Virus record (IMG/VR): IMGVR_UViG_3300012983_000001
Span: 1-64,000 of that record
DNA: 64,000 bases
Source: a virus
Taxonomy: Duplodnaviria; Caudoviricetes
Direction: 5' to 3' (one strand)
Shown here: positions 15,839 to 25,869 of the stretch, one piece after another
Layout of the letters: every line of letters begins with the position of its first letter
How positions within the stretch are numbered: position 1 is the first letter of the stretch
Notes under the pieces: generated by a model
The model's input: the letters and a program-made list of their open reading frames with translations, nothing else
Databases searched by the model: none
What the model was told of the DNA's origin: nothing
Position numbers and translations under genes: made by a program

Positions 15839-16627
15839 ATGCTATTATTAAAGTGGATTTGTCTTTTAGTATATGGCTTAGCAATATTGATATTCGTGTC
15901 GATAATTGCCAGAGGCTTAAAATACAGAGACAAGCCAATATATACCGAATTTAAACTGACAGAAGACGATGTAGATTTCTTACAGGATTTACAATTCGAA
16001 ATGCTTACTCAGGACCACGTTGGACAAGCAGCACCAAGGTTTTGGGTAGTAGAAGGTACAGAAAGAATATTCTGCGGTACTGAATATGGTACTGATGGTG
16101 AGATTCTGTATCAAGACACAGATGAATGTGCAGACGGTCTTGATGATGCCGTAGAATATTTCCTGAACAACTATGTTGCAGAACTTGAAGAAAAAGATAT
16201 TGTTATCGAAAAAGACGATGTCATGAATGGCTATGCCGTAAAACATACTGTGATAGATGATGATGGCGACGATTTATCTGATACGGTAAATGTTTGGACC
16301 ATTGAAGAGCTGATTGAAGCACTGGAAGAACATGATATTATTGATTCAGGTTCATACAGTTCGGCTTGTTATAAATTAGCGCCACACATTTATCCAAATA
16401 CTTTGTTTTTAACAAATCGTAGCTGTAAAAGCCATATTCAGTGGAATCATTATCATTATTCTTCTGATGCTCATTCTTACGCTATGACTGCATGGCGTTC
16501 ACCTGAGGTAGAAAGACTTTGGGGCATTCTTGACAAAATTGATTGGGAGGCGATGAGATGCAATCAGTTCGGGACCAAAGCACATCCGAAATGCTCAAAA
16601 AAGCAGCGGAAGTCATCACAAGAGTAG
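15839..16627 (+). CDS. Hypothetical phage protein with N-terminal TM helix
   Basis: AAGGAGG RBS; QDHVGQAAPRFWVV...HIQWNHYHY...AWRSPEV. Confidence 0.8.
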   Translation: MLLLKWICLLVYGLAILIFVSIIARGLKYRDKPIYTEFKLTEDDVDFLQDLQFEMLTQDHVGQAAPRFWVVEGTERIFCGTEYGTDGEILYQDTDECADGLDDAVEYFLNNYVAELEEKDIVIEKDDVMNGYAVKHTVIDDDGDDLSDTVNVWTIEELIEALEEHDIIDSGSYSSACYKLAPHIYPNTLFLTNRSCKSHIQWNHYHYSSDAHSYAMTAWRSPEVERLWGILDKIDWEAMRCNQFGTKAHPKCSKKQRKSSQE

Positions 16628-16779
16628 ATGACATAGAGCTGGAAGAAATGTTATATCGTTTAGATAATACACCAGCTCCAGAAACAGAATTCGACGTTAA
16701 TGACCAAATTAAGATTTATAACTGGTTACAAGAATTGAAGTTATACCGCAAATTATGCGGCCCACTTGACCAGTGTTAG
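16558..16779 (+). CDS. Hypothetical protein
   Basis: GGAGG RBS; WLQELKLYR motif. Confidence 0.6.
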   Translation: MQSVRDQSTSEMLKKAAEVITRVDDIELEEMLYRLDNTPAPETEFDVNDQIKIYNWLQELKLYRKLCGPLDQC

Positions 16780-16788
16780 GAGGATAAT

Positions 16789-17289
16789 ATGCAGGAATTT
16801 ACAAGATTAAGCAACGGATACACTTTAAGTATCATTATTGATGATGAAAAATTACTGGGTATGATTGATAAGGAAATCAAGAAATACCAGGATTTACAGG
16901 CAAAATACAAGGCCTACGAAGAAGAAAGAATTGCAGCTGAAGAGAACGGCGAAGACTATGATGATTGGAGATGGGAATACGACATGAGTTCCGTTTACGG
17001 AGACCCTGAATCCGATTGGTGTACACCTGATGAGATTCTCAAAGACCTTGAAGGATTTAAGCAGGTTATTATTGATGCCGTAAACGGTGATGGCTCTAAA
17101 CTTTGGGATATGGTAGCACTTAAGAAGAACGGTACGTTCAAGAAGAACTGTAAGCCAATGCTTAAAGAAGCAATCAATGGTACCTATTGGGAAGACAGCT
17201 ATGGCTGGAACGCTCAGGTGTTACGGTTGGAACCTTCGGACGATACTCATGTTTATATGCAACTTGATAAGATTGTTCTTCATTACTAA
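16789..17289 (+). CDS. Hypothetical protein
   Basis: AGGAGG RBS. Confidence 0.8.
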   Translation: MQEFTRLSNGYTLSIIIDDEKLLGMIDKEIKKYQDLQAKYKAYEEERIAAEENGEDYDDWRWEYDMSSVYGDPESDWCTPDEILKDLEGFKQVIIDAVNGDGSKLWDMVALKKNGTFKKNCKPMLKEAINGTYWEDSYGWNAQVLRLEPSDDTHVYMQLDKIVLHY

Positions 17290-17458
17290 TTGCCTAACGG
17301 CATTATAATCCGCAAAGGAGAATGATATGGCAGTATTCATGAACATTATTGGACTTTTGCTTTGGGGCTATGCATGTTTATTTGCTAAAAAACACCGAGG
17401 CAAGCTTATTTTATTATCATTATTGCTAATGGTTATACGTTAGCACAAAGGAGGTCTT

Positions 17459-18043
17459 ATGGGATTCTTTGATGAACTATATGAAATCCCCGAACCCGAT
17501 GGATATACCTTCTTATATGAGGATGAAAATCAAGGTTGGTGGCTTAAAATCAGCACTATCGAAGAACTTGGTAACTATTATATGAAAACCAATCAACGTT
17601 GGGGCGATTGTCTTGCTGAATATATGCATCATGCCAAAGAATACGAAGAAGACGGCAATTACATGAGATTTAGTCAATTACTTCAAGCTATCGTAATGCT
17701 AGGAGAAAGGCGTCGATTAAATATCTTTGATGCTATTACTCAGTTCAAGCTCATGTGCTTCTCACAACAGTGTGAAATATTACGTCAATCCGAATACTTA
17801 GTATTCAATCAAGTTGGTGGCTATCATCGTGGGCCTGTTAATCATTCTCAATTCGTTACTCGTAAAACTTTCACATGGCCAGATTTTAAAGAACATGATA
17901 TTCGTGTAACTCAATTCCCAGGTGGTGCTCATTATTATGTGCGTATCGGCGATATGGAATTGCATGAGCACGGAAATATCAAATGGAATAGCTATGATGA
18001 AGCTTATCAGGTAGCATTGCGATATATAGCAAAGGAGGATTAA
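17459..18043 (+). CDS. Hypothetical protein
   Basis: AAGGAGG RBS. Confidence 0.8.
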   Translation: MGFFDELYEIPEPDGYTFLYEDENQGWWLKISTIEELGNYYMKTNQRWGDCLAEYMHHAKEYEEDGNYMRFSQLLQAIVMLGERRRLNIFDAITQFKLMCFSQQCEILRQSEYLVFNQVGGYHRGPVNHSQFVTRKTFTWPDFKEHDIRVTQFPGGAHYYVRIGDMELHEHGNIKWNSYDEAYQVALRYIAKED

Positions 18044-18044
18044 C

Positions 18045-18257
18045 ATGGCAGTTACCAAGAAAGATGACGATGTTTATATCAGTTCCGTATCTCCAACGAT
18101 TGATGTAAGACAACAACGAGGATTGCTTGATGTTACCAAAAACGTTATGCCATTATTGACTCTTGACGAATGGATGAGAATCATGGACATTTATCATGAA
18201 GCCATCAACAGAATCTTTAGAGAAAACGGATTACCAGAAGAGGAGGAGAAAAAATGA
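18045..18257 (+). CDS. Hypothetical protein
   Basis: AAGGAGG RBS. Confidence 0.7.
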   Translation: MAVTKKDDDVYISSVSPTIDVRQQRGLLDVTKNVMPLLTLDEWMRIMDIYHEAINRIFRENGLPEEEEKK

Positions 18258-18964
18258 AACTTCAGTCATTGAATACAAACGTTGAAAAATACGGATATCC
18301 ATTTCATATGGAATATACCGCTACTAGCTTCAATGGCCACCGTCTTGGTGTTGCAGTTTGTATTAAGAATGCAAATACTGGCGAAATTGAAAGAAACTTC
18401 ATCAAGGAAAGTCTGGGAGATGAAGAGGTCAGAAGCCAAATACTTCAGGACTTATTGAACGATAAGACGATTATTTTAACCAAGGAACAGGTAACACAAT
18501 TTGACGATGTCAACGGCACGCTGGTATTTAAGGATATATATTACATGCCGTATTATGTCCTTGACCATGTCATGCACAGACCAACCATTATACATGACAA
18601 CATCTTTCCTTGTATGAACGCTCATTATAGCGTAGAGGTAGAAGTAATTCTGGTTGAAGAAGGACTTACCAGATATCTGGTGTTGCCATTCCAAACCAGG
18701 AATATGTCAGTTATGGATTTGGTACATGATTTCTTTGAGTTCGATTACTCTTCAGACGGGGACTTAAAAAGTATCGGTATCGGATATCAGAATCGTACCG
18801 AATACGATGAAGCAGGATATACGCTTGATTTCTATGATGATTTTGGTCATCGTCACGACCTGGTATTTGGTAGCGTAGAAAGAATACGAGACGCCATTGT
18901 GTCTATGCGTCTGGTGAAATTTGAAAGACACATCGAGGACGACGAAGATGGAGACAAATCTTGA
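18254..18964 (+). CDS. Hypothetical protein
   Basis: ATGA overlap, GGAGGAG RBS. Confidence 0.8.
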   Translation: MKLQSLNTNVEKYGYPFHMEYTATSFNGHRLGVAVCIKNANTGEIERNFIKESLGDEEVRSQILQDLLNDKTIILTKEQVTQFDDVNGTLVFKDIYYMPYYVLDHVMHRPTIIHDNIFPCMNAHYSVEVEVILVEEGLTRYLVLPFQTRNMSVMDLVHDFFEFDYSSDGDLKSIGIGYQNRTEYDEAGYTLDFYDDFGHRHDLVFGSVERIRDAIVSMRLVKFERHIEDDEDGDKS

Positions 18965-19646
18965 TGCTGTTAGAGCAACAGCCAAAACGTTTCTGTATTT
19001 GCCATTTGAGTTGGTAGAAGGTTTTTCTCCAATATTATTTGTTCAGCACCCATTTCTTGCATCTTGCATAATACCGTTAAAATCTGGTTTTGTAAATGCT
19101 CTTGATGACCCAAAAGCATTGGAAGAATACCAGAAGGCGGTGTCAGACCAAATAGATAAAAGCGATTTAACAGGAATCTTCATGTTAATGCGTAAGCCTT
19201 ATCATCTTGCATTTTTAAAGTATTGCTATCAGTATTTGTCTGAAAAAGACTTAGCAGAATATTTTGCTTATGCATGGGTTAATAGTGAAAATCCAAATCA
19301 AGATGTTAATTGTCCTATTAGCTATTTGATACGCATGTTTAAGAAGTGTGACAAAAAGCTTTTGATGACAGAGGAAGATTATGCTATCTATGAGTCTTTA
19401 CCAGAAACGTTTACGATATATCGTGGCGTAGCAGTAGGAAGAAATCCAAAAGGATTATCATGGACACAGAATCTTGAAACAGCTAAATGGTTTGCTCATC
19501 GCTTTGACCGTAACGAAAAGCAAGGCTATATACAGACTGGTATTGCTGAAAAAAAACACGTTTTGGCGTATTTTAATACACGCAACGAGGACGAAATAGT
19601 GTATAATACTCCTAAGTTAAAGATTACGATTCTTGAGGAGGTATAA
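18948..19646 (+). CDS. Putative ADP-ribosyltransferase-fold protein
   Basis: C-terminal TIYRG...GLSWT...AKWFA...RNEDEIV matches the R-S-E ART signature. Confidence 0.6.
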   Translation: METNLDAVRATAKTFLYLPFELVEGFSPILFVQHPFLASCIIPLKSGFVNALDDPKALEEYQKAVSDQIDKSDLTGIFMLMRKPYHLAFLKYCYQYLSEKDLAEYFAYAWVNSENPNQDVNCPISYLIRMFKKCDKKLLMTEEDYAIYESLPETFTIYRGVAVGRNPKGLSWTQNLETAKWFAHRFDRNEKQGYIQTGIAEKKHVLAYFNTRNEDEIVYNTPKLKITILEEV

Positions 19647-19648
19647 TC

Positions 19649-21439
19649 ATGATTACGATTACTCAGTTGCCAAATAAACAACTTAGCCTTAAGGCTGATT
19701 ATTTTTATCGTGACCGCATTAAGCAAATACCAACAGCGACATTTAATCCGCTTACTAAGCAGTGGATAATCGAATCATGTATGCTGGGAACGCTTGAAGC
19801 TAAGTTTGCTGGTGAGCTGGTTTATAAAACACCACGCTGGGTGATTATGGACCAACCAATGCCAGACATGTCTGCAATGTATAAGATATCAGACCAGTCT
19901 ATCATTGCACCGACTTTAAAGCTGCAACCATATGATTATCAGGATTATGGTATGCGTTTTATGATAGATAAGATTCAGCAAGAAGGTTTCGTATTGAATG
20001 CAGACGATGTTGGTCTAGGTAAAACCATTCAAACTATCGGTGTGCTGAAGTGGTTTATTAACCACAAAAATGTACACAAGATACTGATTATCTGTAAAAA
20101 ATCCATTAAGAAACAATGGCTTGATGAGATTAATAAGTTTACGGATTTGAATCTTATCTTTGCAATGGACAAGACTGGGACCACTCCTGCACAACGTAAG
20201 AAATCCTATGCCAATTTTGCATTGGCTAAAGATGCTATTCTTGTTACCAATTACCATACGTTCTTGAATGATACTGCACTGTTTCAGCAAATGCAAATTG
20301 ACTTTGTCGTTATTGATGAAGTACATAGTATCAAAGCACGTACAGGTAAAATGAATAATAACATAGCTAAAATCGTTAAGGGTAGACCAACAGTATTTTT
20401 AACAGGTACGCCGATTATGTCTAAACCAGAAGATATCTTTGGTATTGTACAGATGGTATCACCTGGATATTTCGGTAAATGGACAGATTTCTCAAAGCAT
20501 TTCTTGACCATAGATTACAATGGTAAGTTTGGCCAACGTGTCGTTGGAGCAAAGCATTTGGATGAATTACGTACTTTGGTACAAAATATCGTTATCCGTC
20601 GTACCGAATATGAGGTATCTATTCAGTTACCATCTACCATTGTCAATCGTATGGATTGTCAGATGGATAATACTCAGGAAGCGATTTTACAAGAAATATC
20701 AGCTACGCAAGACACCATCATGGATGCTATGGAGAAGCTGAAGGTAAATGGTAAGATTCCTGATTTCAATCAGGATAAGGCAGAGCAACTGGAAGGCAAA
20801 GCAAAGGGATTAATTGCCGCACGCCAGGCAGCGTCAACAGACCCTAGACTGTTCTTACGTAGTTATTCGAAGATGATGAAAGATGTCTTTGGCAAACTGG
20901 TACCTGTAAGTTACAAAATGTCTAGCAAAACAGAAGGCATTCTTGACTTGGTTGAAGATATTGTCTTGAATGGCGATAAGGTTATCTTATTCACTAAATT
21001 CAGAACATGTGCAGACATGATTGCTGAAGACATTCAGGATAAATTAAATGAACCTGTGTTGAAGTATACTGGTGCCGAAGACGATAATAAGCGTGATGAA
21101 GCGGTAGACTTATTCAAGAATACCACGACTTTTAATGTACTTGTAGGTACTGAGGCAATGGCAGAAGGATTGAATTTACAGTGTGCTAAGTATGTTATCA
21201 ATATTGACCAGCCAGATACGCTGGCAATTAAAACACAACGTATCGGTAGAGCAAGAAGAGCTGGTTCAAAATACGACAATGTGGTAGTATATGATATGAT
21301 AACCACTAGTACACCAAAGGCAAATTCTAAGGACGAAGAGCGTCTTCAGAACATCTTAAACAATCAAGACCTTACTGATGCACTTGTCACCATTGATGAG
21401 GCACAAAGACAAGCGTTGATTGCGGCTATGAAAGGATAG
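19649..21439 (+). CDS. SNF2-family helicase
   Basis: ADDVGLGKT, IDEVH, LTGTP, EGLNLQ, QRIGRARRAG. Confidence 0.95.
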   Translation: MITITQLPNKQLSLKADYFYRDRIKQIPTATFNPLTKQWIIESCMLGTLEAKFAGELVYKTPRWVIMDQPMPDMSAMYKISDQSIIAPTLKLQPYDYQDYGMRFMIDKIQQEGFVLNADDVGLGKTIQTIGVLKWFINHKNVHKILIICKKSIKKQWLDEINKFTDLNLIFAMDKTGTTPAQRKKSYANFALAKDAILVTNYHTFLNDTALFQQMQIDFVVIDEVHSIKARTGKMNNNIAKIVKGRPTVFLTGTPIMSKPEDIFGIVQMVSPGYFGKWTDFSKHFLTIDYNGKFGQRVVGAKHLDELRTLVQNIVIRRTEYEVSIQLPSTIVNRMDCQMDNTQEAILQEISATQDTIMDAMEKLKVNGKIPDFNQDKAEQLEGKAKGLIAARQAASTDPRLFLRSYSKMMKDVFGKLVPVSYKMSSKTEGILDLVEDIVLNGDKVILFTKFRTCADMIAEDIQDKLNEPVLKYTGAEDDNKRDEAVDLFKNTTTFNVLVGTEAMAEGLNLQCAKYVINIDQPDTLAIKTQRIGRARRAGSKYDNVVVYDMITTSTPKANSKDEERLQNILNNQDLTDALVTIDEAQRQALIAAMKG

Positions 21440-21442
21440 TGT

Positions 21443-22036
21443 ATGAGAAAAGAATGGACTGAAGAAGAGGTAGCGTTTTTGGAAAAATATTATGAGAGAC
21501 GTGGAGTGGACTATATAGCAAAACGGTTAAATAGAACACTCCACTCTGTTAAACGTAAGGCTCAGAAGCTAGGATACAACTCTTATGTTGTTCCAGATTT
21601 GTATGTTCGAACGGTTGCCGCATGTTTCAATTGTGATTCTCGTGTAATCAATCGTTGGATAGATAAATTCGATTTACCAGCATTTACAGTGAAGAGAGGA
21701 CAACTTACGTGTAAGCTTATCAATGCAAAAAAATTCTGGAAATGGGCAGAACATCACAAGAAACTTATCCCATGGGAAAAATACACTCGTAGCTCCATAT
21801 TGCCAGAACCAAAATGGTTACCTGAAACATTAAAAGAATATAGTGTGCAGAATAACCGCAAACGTATTACAGATTGGGATATCCGTACTGTTATCAGAAT
21901 GAAACATCAAGGATATCGCGATAAAGACATTGCCGAAGTCTTAAATCGTACATTGGATTCGGTAAAGCATATCTGGAAACAGGTAAAGGAGGACGAAACA
22001 TGGAACAAACCATTGGAGAAATCGTCGAACGATTGA
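21443..22036 (+). CDS. Multi-HTH DNA-binding protein
   Basis: WTEEEVAFL...IAKRLNRT..SVKRKA and a second IAEVLNRTLDSVK. Confidence 0.8.
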   Translation: MRKEWTEEEVAFLEKYYERRGVDYIAKRLNRTLHSVKRKAQKLGYNSYVVPDLYVRTVAACFNCDSRVINRWIDKFDLPAFTVKRGQLTCKLINAKKFWKWAEHHKKLIPWEKYTRSSILPEPKWLPETLKEYSVQNNRKRITDWDIRTVIRMKHQGYRDKDIAEVLNRTLDSVKHIWKQVKEDETWNKPLEKSSND

Positions 22037-22521
22037 TTTATATTAAGGACAACTACGGTATTGAAGACCGTGGCGATATAGAAGCAATTAACAATGCATG
22101 TAACTTGCTAAGTCATAACTTTGATAGAACTGGCGTTGTTAGTAATTATCTTATGAGAGGAGGAAGACCAATGAATGCAATCGCTATTTCAAACGGCTAT
22201 ACATCTGGCAAGGTATATGTCATCTGGGAAATTCCGCATGATGATATTACAGGTTATGAAGTTTTCCGCAACGGTGAGCTAATTGCAACATCTTTACCAG
22301 ATGCAATTGAACCATCTGTATTCGAGCATCCAACAATGTTCGATAGTGACCATCACACCAATCTTTTCAAGAAAGACTCTACACATAAGCTGATGTTCAC
22401 AGATGAGGCAGTGCAGCAATATCAGACTTATGTTTATCAGGTTATTGCTACCAGAGTTAATGAGCTTAATGTACCTGTGGAGATTATTGCATCCGATAAG
22501 GTTACTATTCAGGCTCAGTAA
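22000..22521 (+). CDS. Protein with C-terminal fibronectin type III-like domain
   Basis: VIWE...GYEVFRNGELIAT...FTD..V...YVYQVIA; internal GAGGAGG plus ATG at 22171. Confidence 0.65.
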   Translation: MEQTIGEIVERLIYIKDNYGIEDRGDIEAINNACNLLSHNFDRTGVVSNYLMRGGRPMNAIAISNGYTSGKVYVIWEIPHDDITGYEVFRNGELIATSLPDAIEPSVFEHPTMFDSDHHTNLFKKDSTHKLMFTDEAVQQYQTYVYQVIATRVNELNVPVEIIASDKVTIQAQ

Positions 22522-22530
22522 GGAGGCAAT

Positions 22531-22818
22531 ATGTCCAACGAAGAAATGTTTTACAAGTTATGTGAAAACATGGCCAACTTAGAAGACGTTCTTAAGACAT
22601 TCGAAAGTATTGGCTTGAATGTTGAACCAGACGAAGGTGTCGGATATAAACTTTTTGATACATGCAGTTCGCTCTATCGTATAGCAGCTGACATGCTTGA
22701 CTGTCCTGACACACAAACAGACGATGAAGTATGTAATGCAATACTGTCTGCAAATAGTAACAACGTGGTAGAAGTCTCAAGAAAGATATGGAGTCAGTAT
22801 GGAAAGAAACCTGAATGA
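22531..22818 (+). CDS. Hypothetical protein
   Basis: AAGGAGG RBS. Confidence 0.75.
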   Translation: MSNEEMFYKLCENMANLEDVLKTFESIGLNVEPDEGVGYKLFDTCSSLYRIAADMLDCPDTQTDDEVCNAILSANSNNVVEVSRKIWSQYGKKPE

Positions 22819-23356
22819 AATTTTTGCTAAATATTTCAAACCAGTCAATTATGAAATACTGAAATACAATCCAGAGCTTTGTCGTGGATGTGGCGGTCTT
22901 TGTTGTAAGACAATGGGCTGCCACATATCACCTGAGGACTTGAAGGATGAGATAACAGTTGAGTCAATTATTCGCCTTATTGACGAAACTGGTTGTATTT
23001 CTATTGACTGGTGGGAGGGTGACCCATCAGAGAACAATGCTGTTTCACGAGGTTTATTTTTACGTATCAAAAACGTAAATGCAAAAATCATCGACCCATC
23101 ATATGGAGATGAGTGTAGTATCTTAACAGACAAAGGCTGTCCGCTGATTTACTCTTATCGTCCGAAAGGAGCAAGAGAGTTAATTCCAGCAGAAACGGAA
23201 TGTCTTGTTGGATACAGCAAACAACAATGTGCTATTGATTGGTTGCCATATCGTGATATTCTTGAAGAGGTATATGAGTATTACGAAAACAAAGGCGAAG
23301 TAACACCACGCTTTGACCCATTAGGGTTGATGGAAAGCTGGTGGGGCAATGAATAG
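22799..23356 (+). CDS. YkgJ-like CxxCxxCC cysteine-cluster protein
   Basis: CRGCGGLCC...CSILTDKGCPL.YSYRP. Confidence 0.75.
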   Translation: MERNLNEIFAKYFKPVNYEILKYNPELCRGCGGLCCKTMGCHISPEDLKDEITVESIIRLIDETGCISIDWWEGDPSENNAVSRGLFLRIKNVNAKIIDPSYGDECSILTDKGCPLIYSYRPKGARELIPAETECLVGYSKQQCAIDWLPYRDILEEVYEYYENKGEVTPRFDPLGLMESWWGNE

Positions 23357-23681
23357 AGTAGAGCAATTTATTGATGATTTCAAAGAATTGTTTGCAGAAG
23401 AGTTAGAAACTGTTTTTTATCGAGGCTATTGTTATTGGTTTGCATTGATTCTTGCAGAAAGGTTTAAAGGAGAGATATGGTTCAATGCTAAGATTGTTCA
23501 CTTTGCAACTAAGATAGGTGACCAATTATATGATATCTTTGGAGCCGTATGTCCAGGCATCAATCCATTTACTGGGGAAGAAGATAATAGTGAAAACTAC
23601 TGGACAAGTTGGAGTGCATTCCAAATTGAACATCATGAGGCTGTAGAATCTATCGTGAACTCCTGTATTAAAAAGGTATGA
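23349..23681 (+). CDS. Hypothetical phage protein
   Basis: GYCYWFALIL...HF...LYDI.G (papain/transglutaminase-like C-H-D spacing possible). Confidence 0.75.
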   Translation: MNRVEQFIDDFKELFAEELETVFYRGYCYWFALILAERFKGEIWFNAKIVHFATKIGDQLYDIFGAVCPGINPFTGEEDNSENYWTSWSAFQIEHHEAVESIVNSCIKKV

Positions 23682-24091
23682 TGGATAATAAAGATTTAAG
23701 TTATTCATGGGACCAACAAAGATTCGATGCACGAATTGAACAACGACAGCGAGATGATGGTTCCATAGAATACGTGGAAATATTAACTGATAGTAACGGT
23801 ATGCAACATGAGCACCCGTTAATGCCAGGACAAGAACCGCGAGATGAGCGTATATCTAGGTTAGAGTCTGAGTTATGGGTTACCAAACGCCAACTACATG
23901 ATGCCCAAAAAGACATGGAGAGATTGGCATGTATTGTCAATGAATTACAAGAACATATTCTTAATGAGATACGTTATGTTAGCTATGAAATAACCGATAC
24001 ACGAGACAAGGTGAACGAACACACCAAGGCATTTCATGCCAGCTTAATTATCGGTAACAAGGAGGGCAAAAATGAAAGTAATATTCCTTGA
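23678..24091 (+). CDS. Coiled-coil hypothetical protein
   Basis: ATGA overlap; heptads. Confidence 0.7.
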   Translation: MMDNKDLSYSWDQQRFDARIEQRQRDDGSIEYVEILTDSNGMQHEHPLMPGQEPRDERISRLESELWVTKRQLHDAQKDMERLACIVNELQEHILNEIRYVSYEITDTRDKVNEHTKAFHASLIIGNKEGKNESNIP

Positions 24092-24641
24092 TGTTGACGG
24101 AGTATTAAACTCCGAACACTGGTATGTCAAGAATCACAAAAAACATCCAGAGCGATGCAGAGCCGATAATGCAATCAATCCTAGATTTGTACGCAATTTG
24201 GCTAAGATTGTACGCAAAACTGGAGCTAAAATTGTTTTATCTGCAACATGCCGTGGCAGTGTGGCGGTTAATCTTAAGCACTATTTGAGAAAAATTCTCA
24301 AACAATATGGGCTTGAAATTTATGATTATACACCACGTACTGGCATGGAACGTGGCATTGATATCCAGGAGTGGTTAAATCATAATCGCGATGTTACCAA
24401 TATCGTTATTATTGATGATGACTCTGATATGATGCATTTAATGGAGTATCTCGTGAAGACCCACGCTCATCCTGCTATCAAAATCAAAGAGAAATGGTAT
24501 AGATTTCCGATACCATTCATTTGGTTTTTCCGTGAAGGGCTTACTGGATACAAGGCAAGACAAGCAATTAAAATGCTTAAGAAGCCATTCATTAACAAAA
24601 TGGCAAAGCAGGTAACTGGCAATATAAGAGCATTATTTTAA
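24072..24641 (+). CDS. HAD-superfamily phosphatase (Swiss-army-knife RNA repair type)
   Basis: KVIFLDVDGVLNS, IVLSAT, RGIDIQEWL, VIIDDDSDM. Confidence 0.85.
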   Translation: MKVIFLDVDGVLNSEHWYVKNHKKHPERCRADNAINPRFVRNLAKIVRKTGAKIVLSATCRGSVAVNLKHYLRKILKQYGLEIYDYTPRTGMERGIDIQEWLNHNRDVTNIVIIDDDSDMMHLMEYLVKTHAHPAIKIKEKWYRFPIPFIWFFREGLTGYKARQAIKMLKKPFINKMAKQVTGNIRALF

Positions 24642-24663
24642 AACTCCCTATCGGGAGTTTTTT
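24640..24663 (+). terminator. Intrinsic terminator
   Basis: AAACTCCC-TATC-GGGAGTTT then TTT. Confidence 0.75.
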
Positions 24664-24692
24664 GATTTAAAATTCGTGAAAGGAGTGATGTA

Positions 24693-25442
24693 ATGTCTGC
24701 ATTACAAATTGCAAGTATTGACCTTAAGCTTCCTGTACAGGCTTTTGAAAATGAATTACAGGACGCTGTTAGCAATTGGGGCGAGCCGATGCGTTACGAG
24801 TTAAAACCAATGAGTACACGTATGGGTAAATCCATGTTCAAACTGATAATCACAAATGATAACAGTGATGAACTTGAAGTAATTGCTGAAAGAGATGATA
24901 CTTCTGGCGATATCATCTTTCATCCATTAAAACTGTCCAATTATCGTAACAGTTTTTATGTATATAATGGAAGCCAGGATGTTGAAGGTGAACAGGAAGA
25001 CCCTTGTATGTTCTTTTGCTGGGCTATGTCACGCATATGCCAGAATCATAAAAGCAACTTTGCTTATGTTGACACAAAAGGACAGCCGTTTGTTCTTAAG
25101 AAAGGTTCACATGTTAGTGGCGTAACCGTTGCATTGGTTGACGGAGACGGCAACGTTTATTCATGTGCTGGTGCTAAATCCGTAAAGGGTGCATCAGAAA
25201 GCATTGATTTCTCAGTGCAAAAGCCGATTGGCGAATGGCTTAATGAGAACCCAGAAGTTCAGAGGGAGGTAGCACAGCTTACCACTATCACAGATAAGAT
25301 GAACTACGTGGGCAAGTTCTTAATTAACGCCAGAATCAAAGAAGACATTGATGCAGATGAGTTCATGGATATCTTCCGTCAGGCGGGAGTAATCGGTTTC
25401 TCAGAACCATCTGTCATGAATATTTACAAATTACTTATGTAG
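24693..25442 (+). CDS. Hypothetical protein
   Basis: AAAGGAG RBS, long ORF. Confidence 0.8.
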   Translation: MSALQIASIDLKLPVQAFENELQDAVSNWGEPMRYELKPMSTRMGKSMFKLIITNDNSDELEVIAERDDTSGDIIFHPLKLSNYRNSFYVYNGSQDVEGEQEDPCMFFCWAMSRICQNHKSNFAYVDTKGQPFVLKKGSHVSGVTVALVDGDGNVYSCAGAKSVKGASESIDFSVQKPIGEWLNENPEVQREVAQLTTITDKMNYVGKFLINARIKEDIDADEFMDIFRQAGVIGFSEPSVMNIYKLLM

Positions 25443-25454
25443 GAGGGCATTATT

Positions 25455-25856
25455 ATGCGTGTTAGATTTTTTGTTGATGAAGAAAAGAAAATTGTTGTTT
25501 GTAAGCTTGAAAACGTTGCAGGTGAGTTAATGTGCGACATGTGTCATCTTGACTGGCCGCACCATCCGTCCCTGGAAATTGCTGATTCCTTTGTCGGTAA
25601 GGCAAAGTTGCATCCAGATGATACCTTCGATGAAGAGAAGGGTAAGAAGATTGCGTTCAGACGTGCAATCGCTAAGCTCAACAAGGCTAAGGCAAGAACA
25701 ATCAAGAATTTCATGAACGACCAGCTTGCGTTCATTGATGCGTTAACCAAGGATGTAAACAAGCTGACTAAGAGATACGAGTACAATATCGACAGAAGAG
25801 ATGCCGATATTCAGTACATCATCGAAACCCCAGCTACTGTTGCTGAAGAAGAATAA
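25455..25856 (+). CDS. Hypothetical phage protein
   Basis: GKAKLHPDDTFDEEKGKKIAFRRA motif common in phage proteins. Confidence 0.8.
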   Translation: MRVRFFVDEEKKIVVCKLENVAGELMCDMCHLDWPHHPSLEIADSFVGKAKLHPDDTFDEEKGKKIAFRRAIAKLNKAKARTIKNFMNDQLAFIDALTKDVNKLTKRYEYNIDRRDADIQYIIETPATVAEEE

Positions 25857-25869
25857 TTGGAGGTAAATT

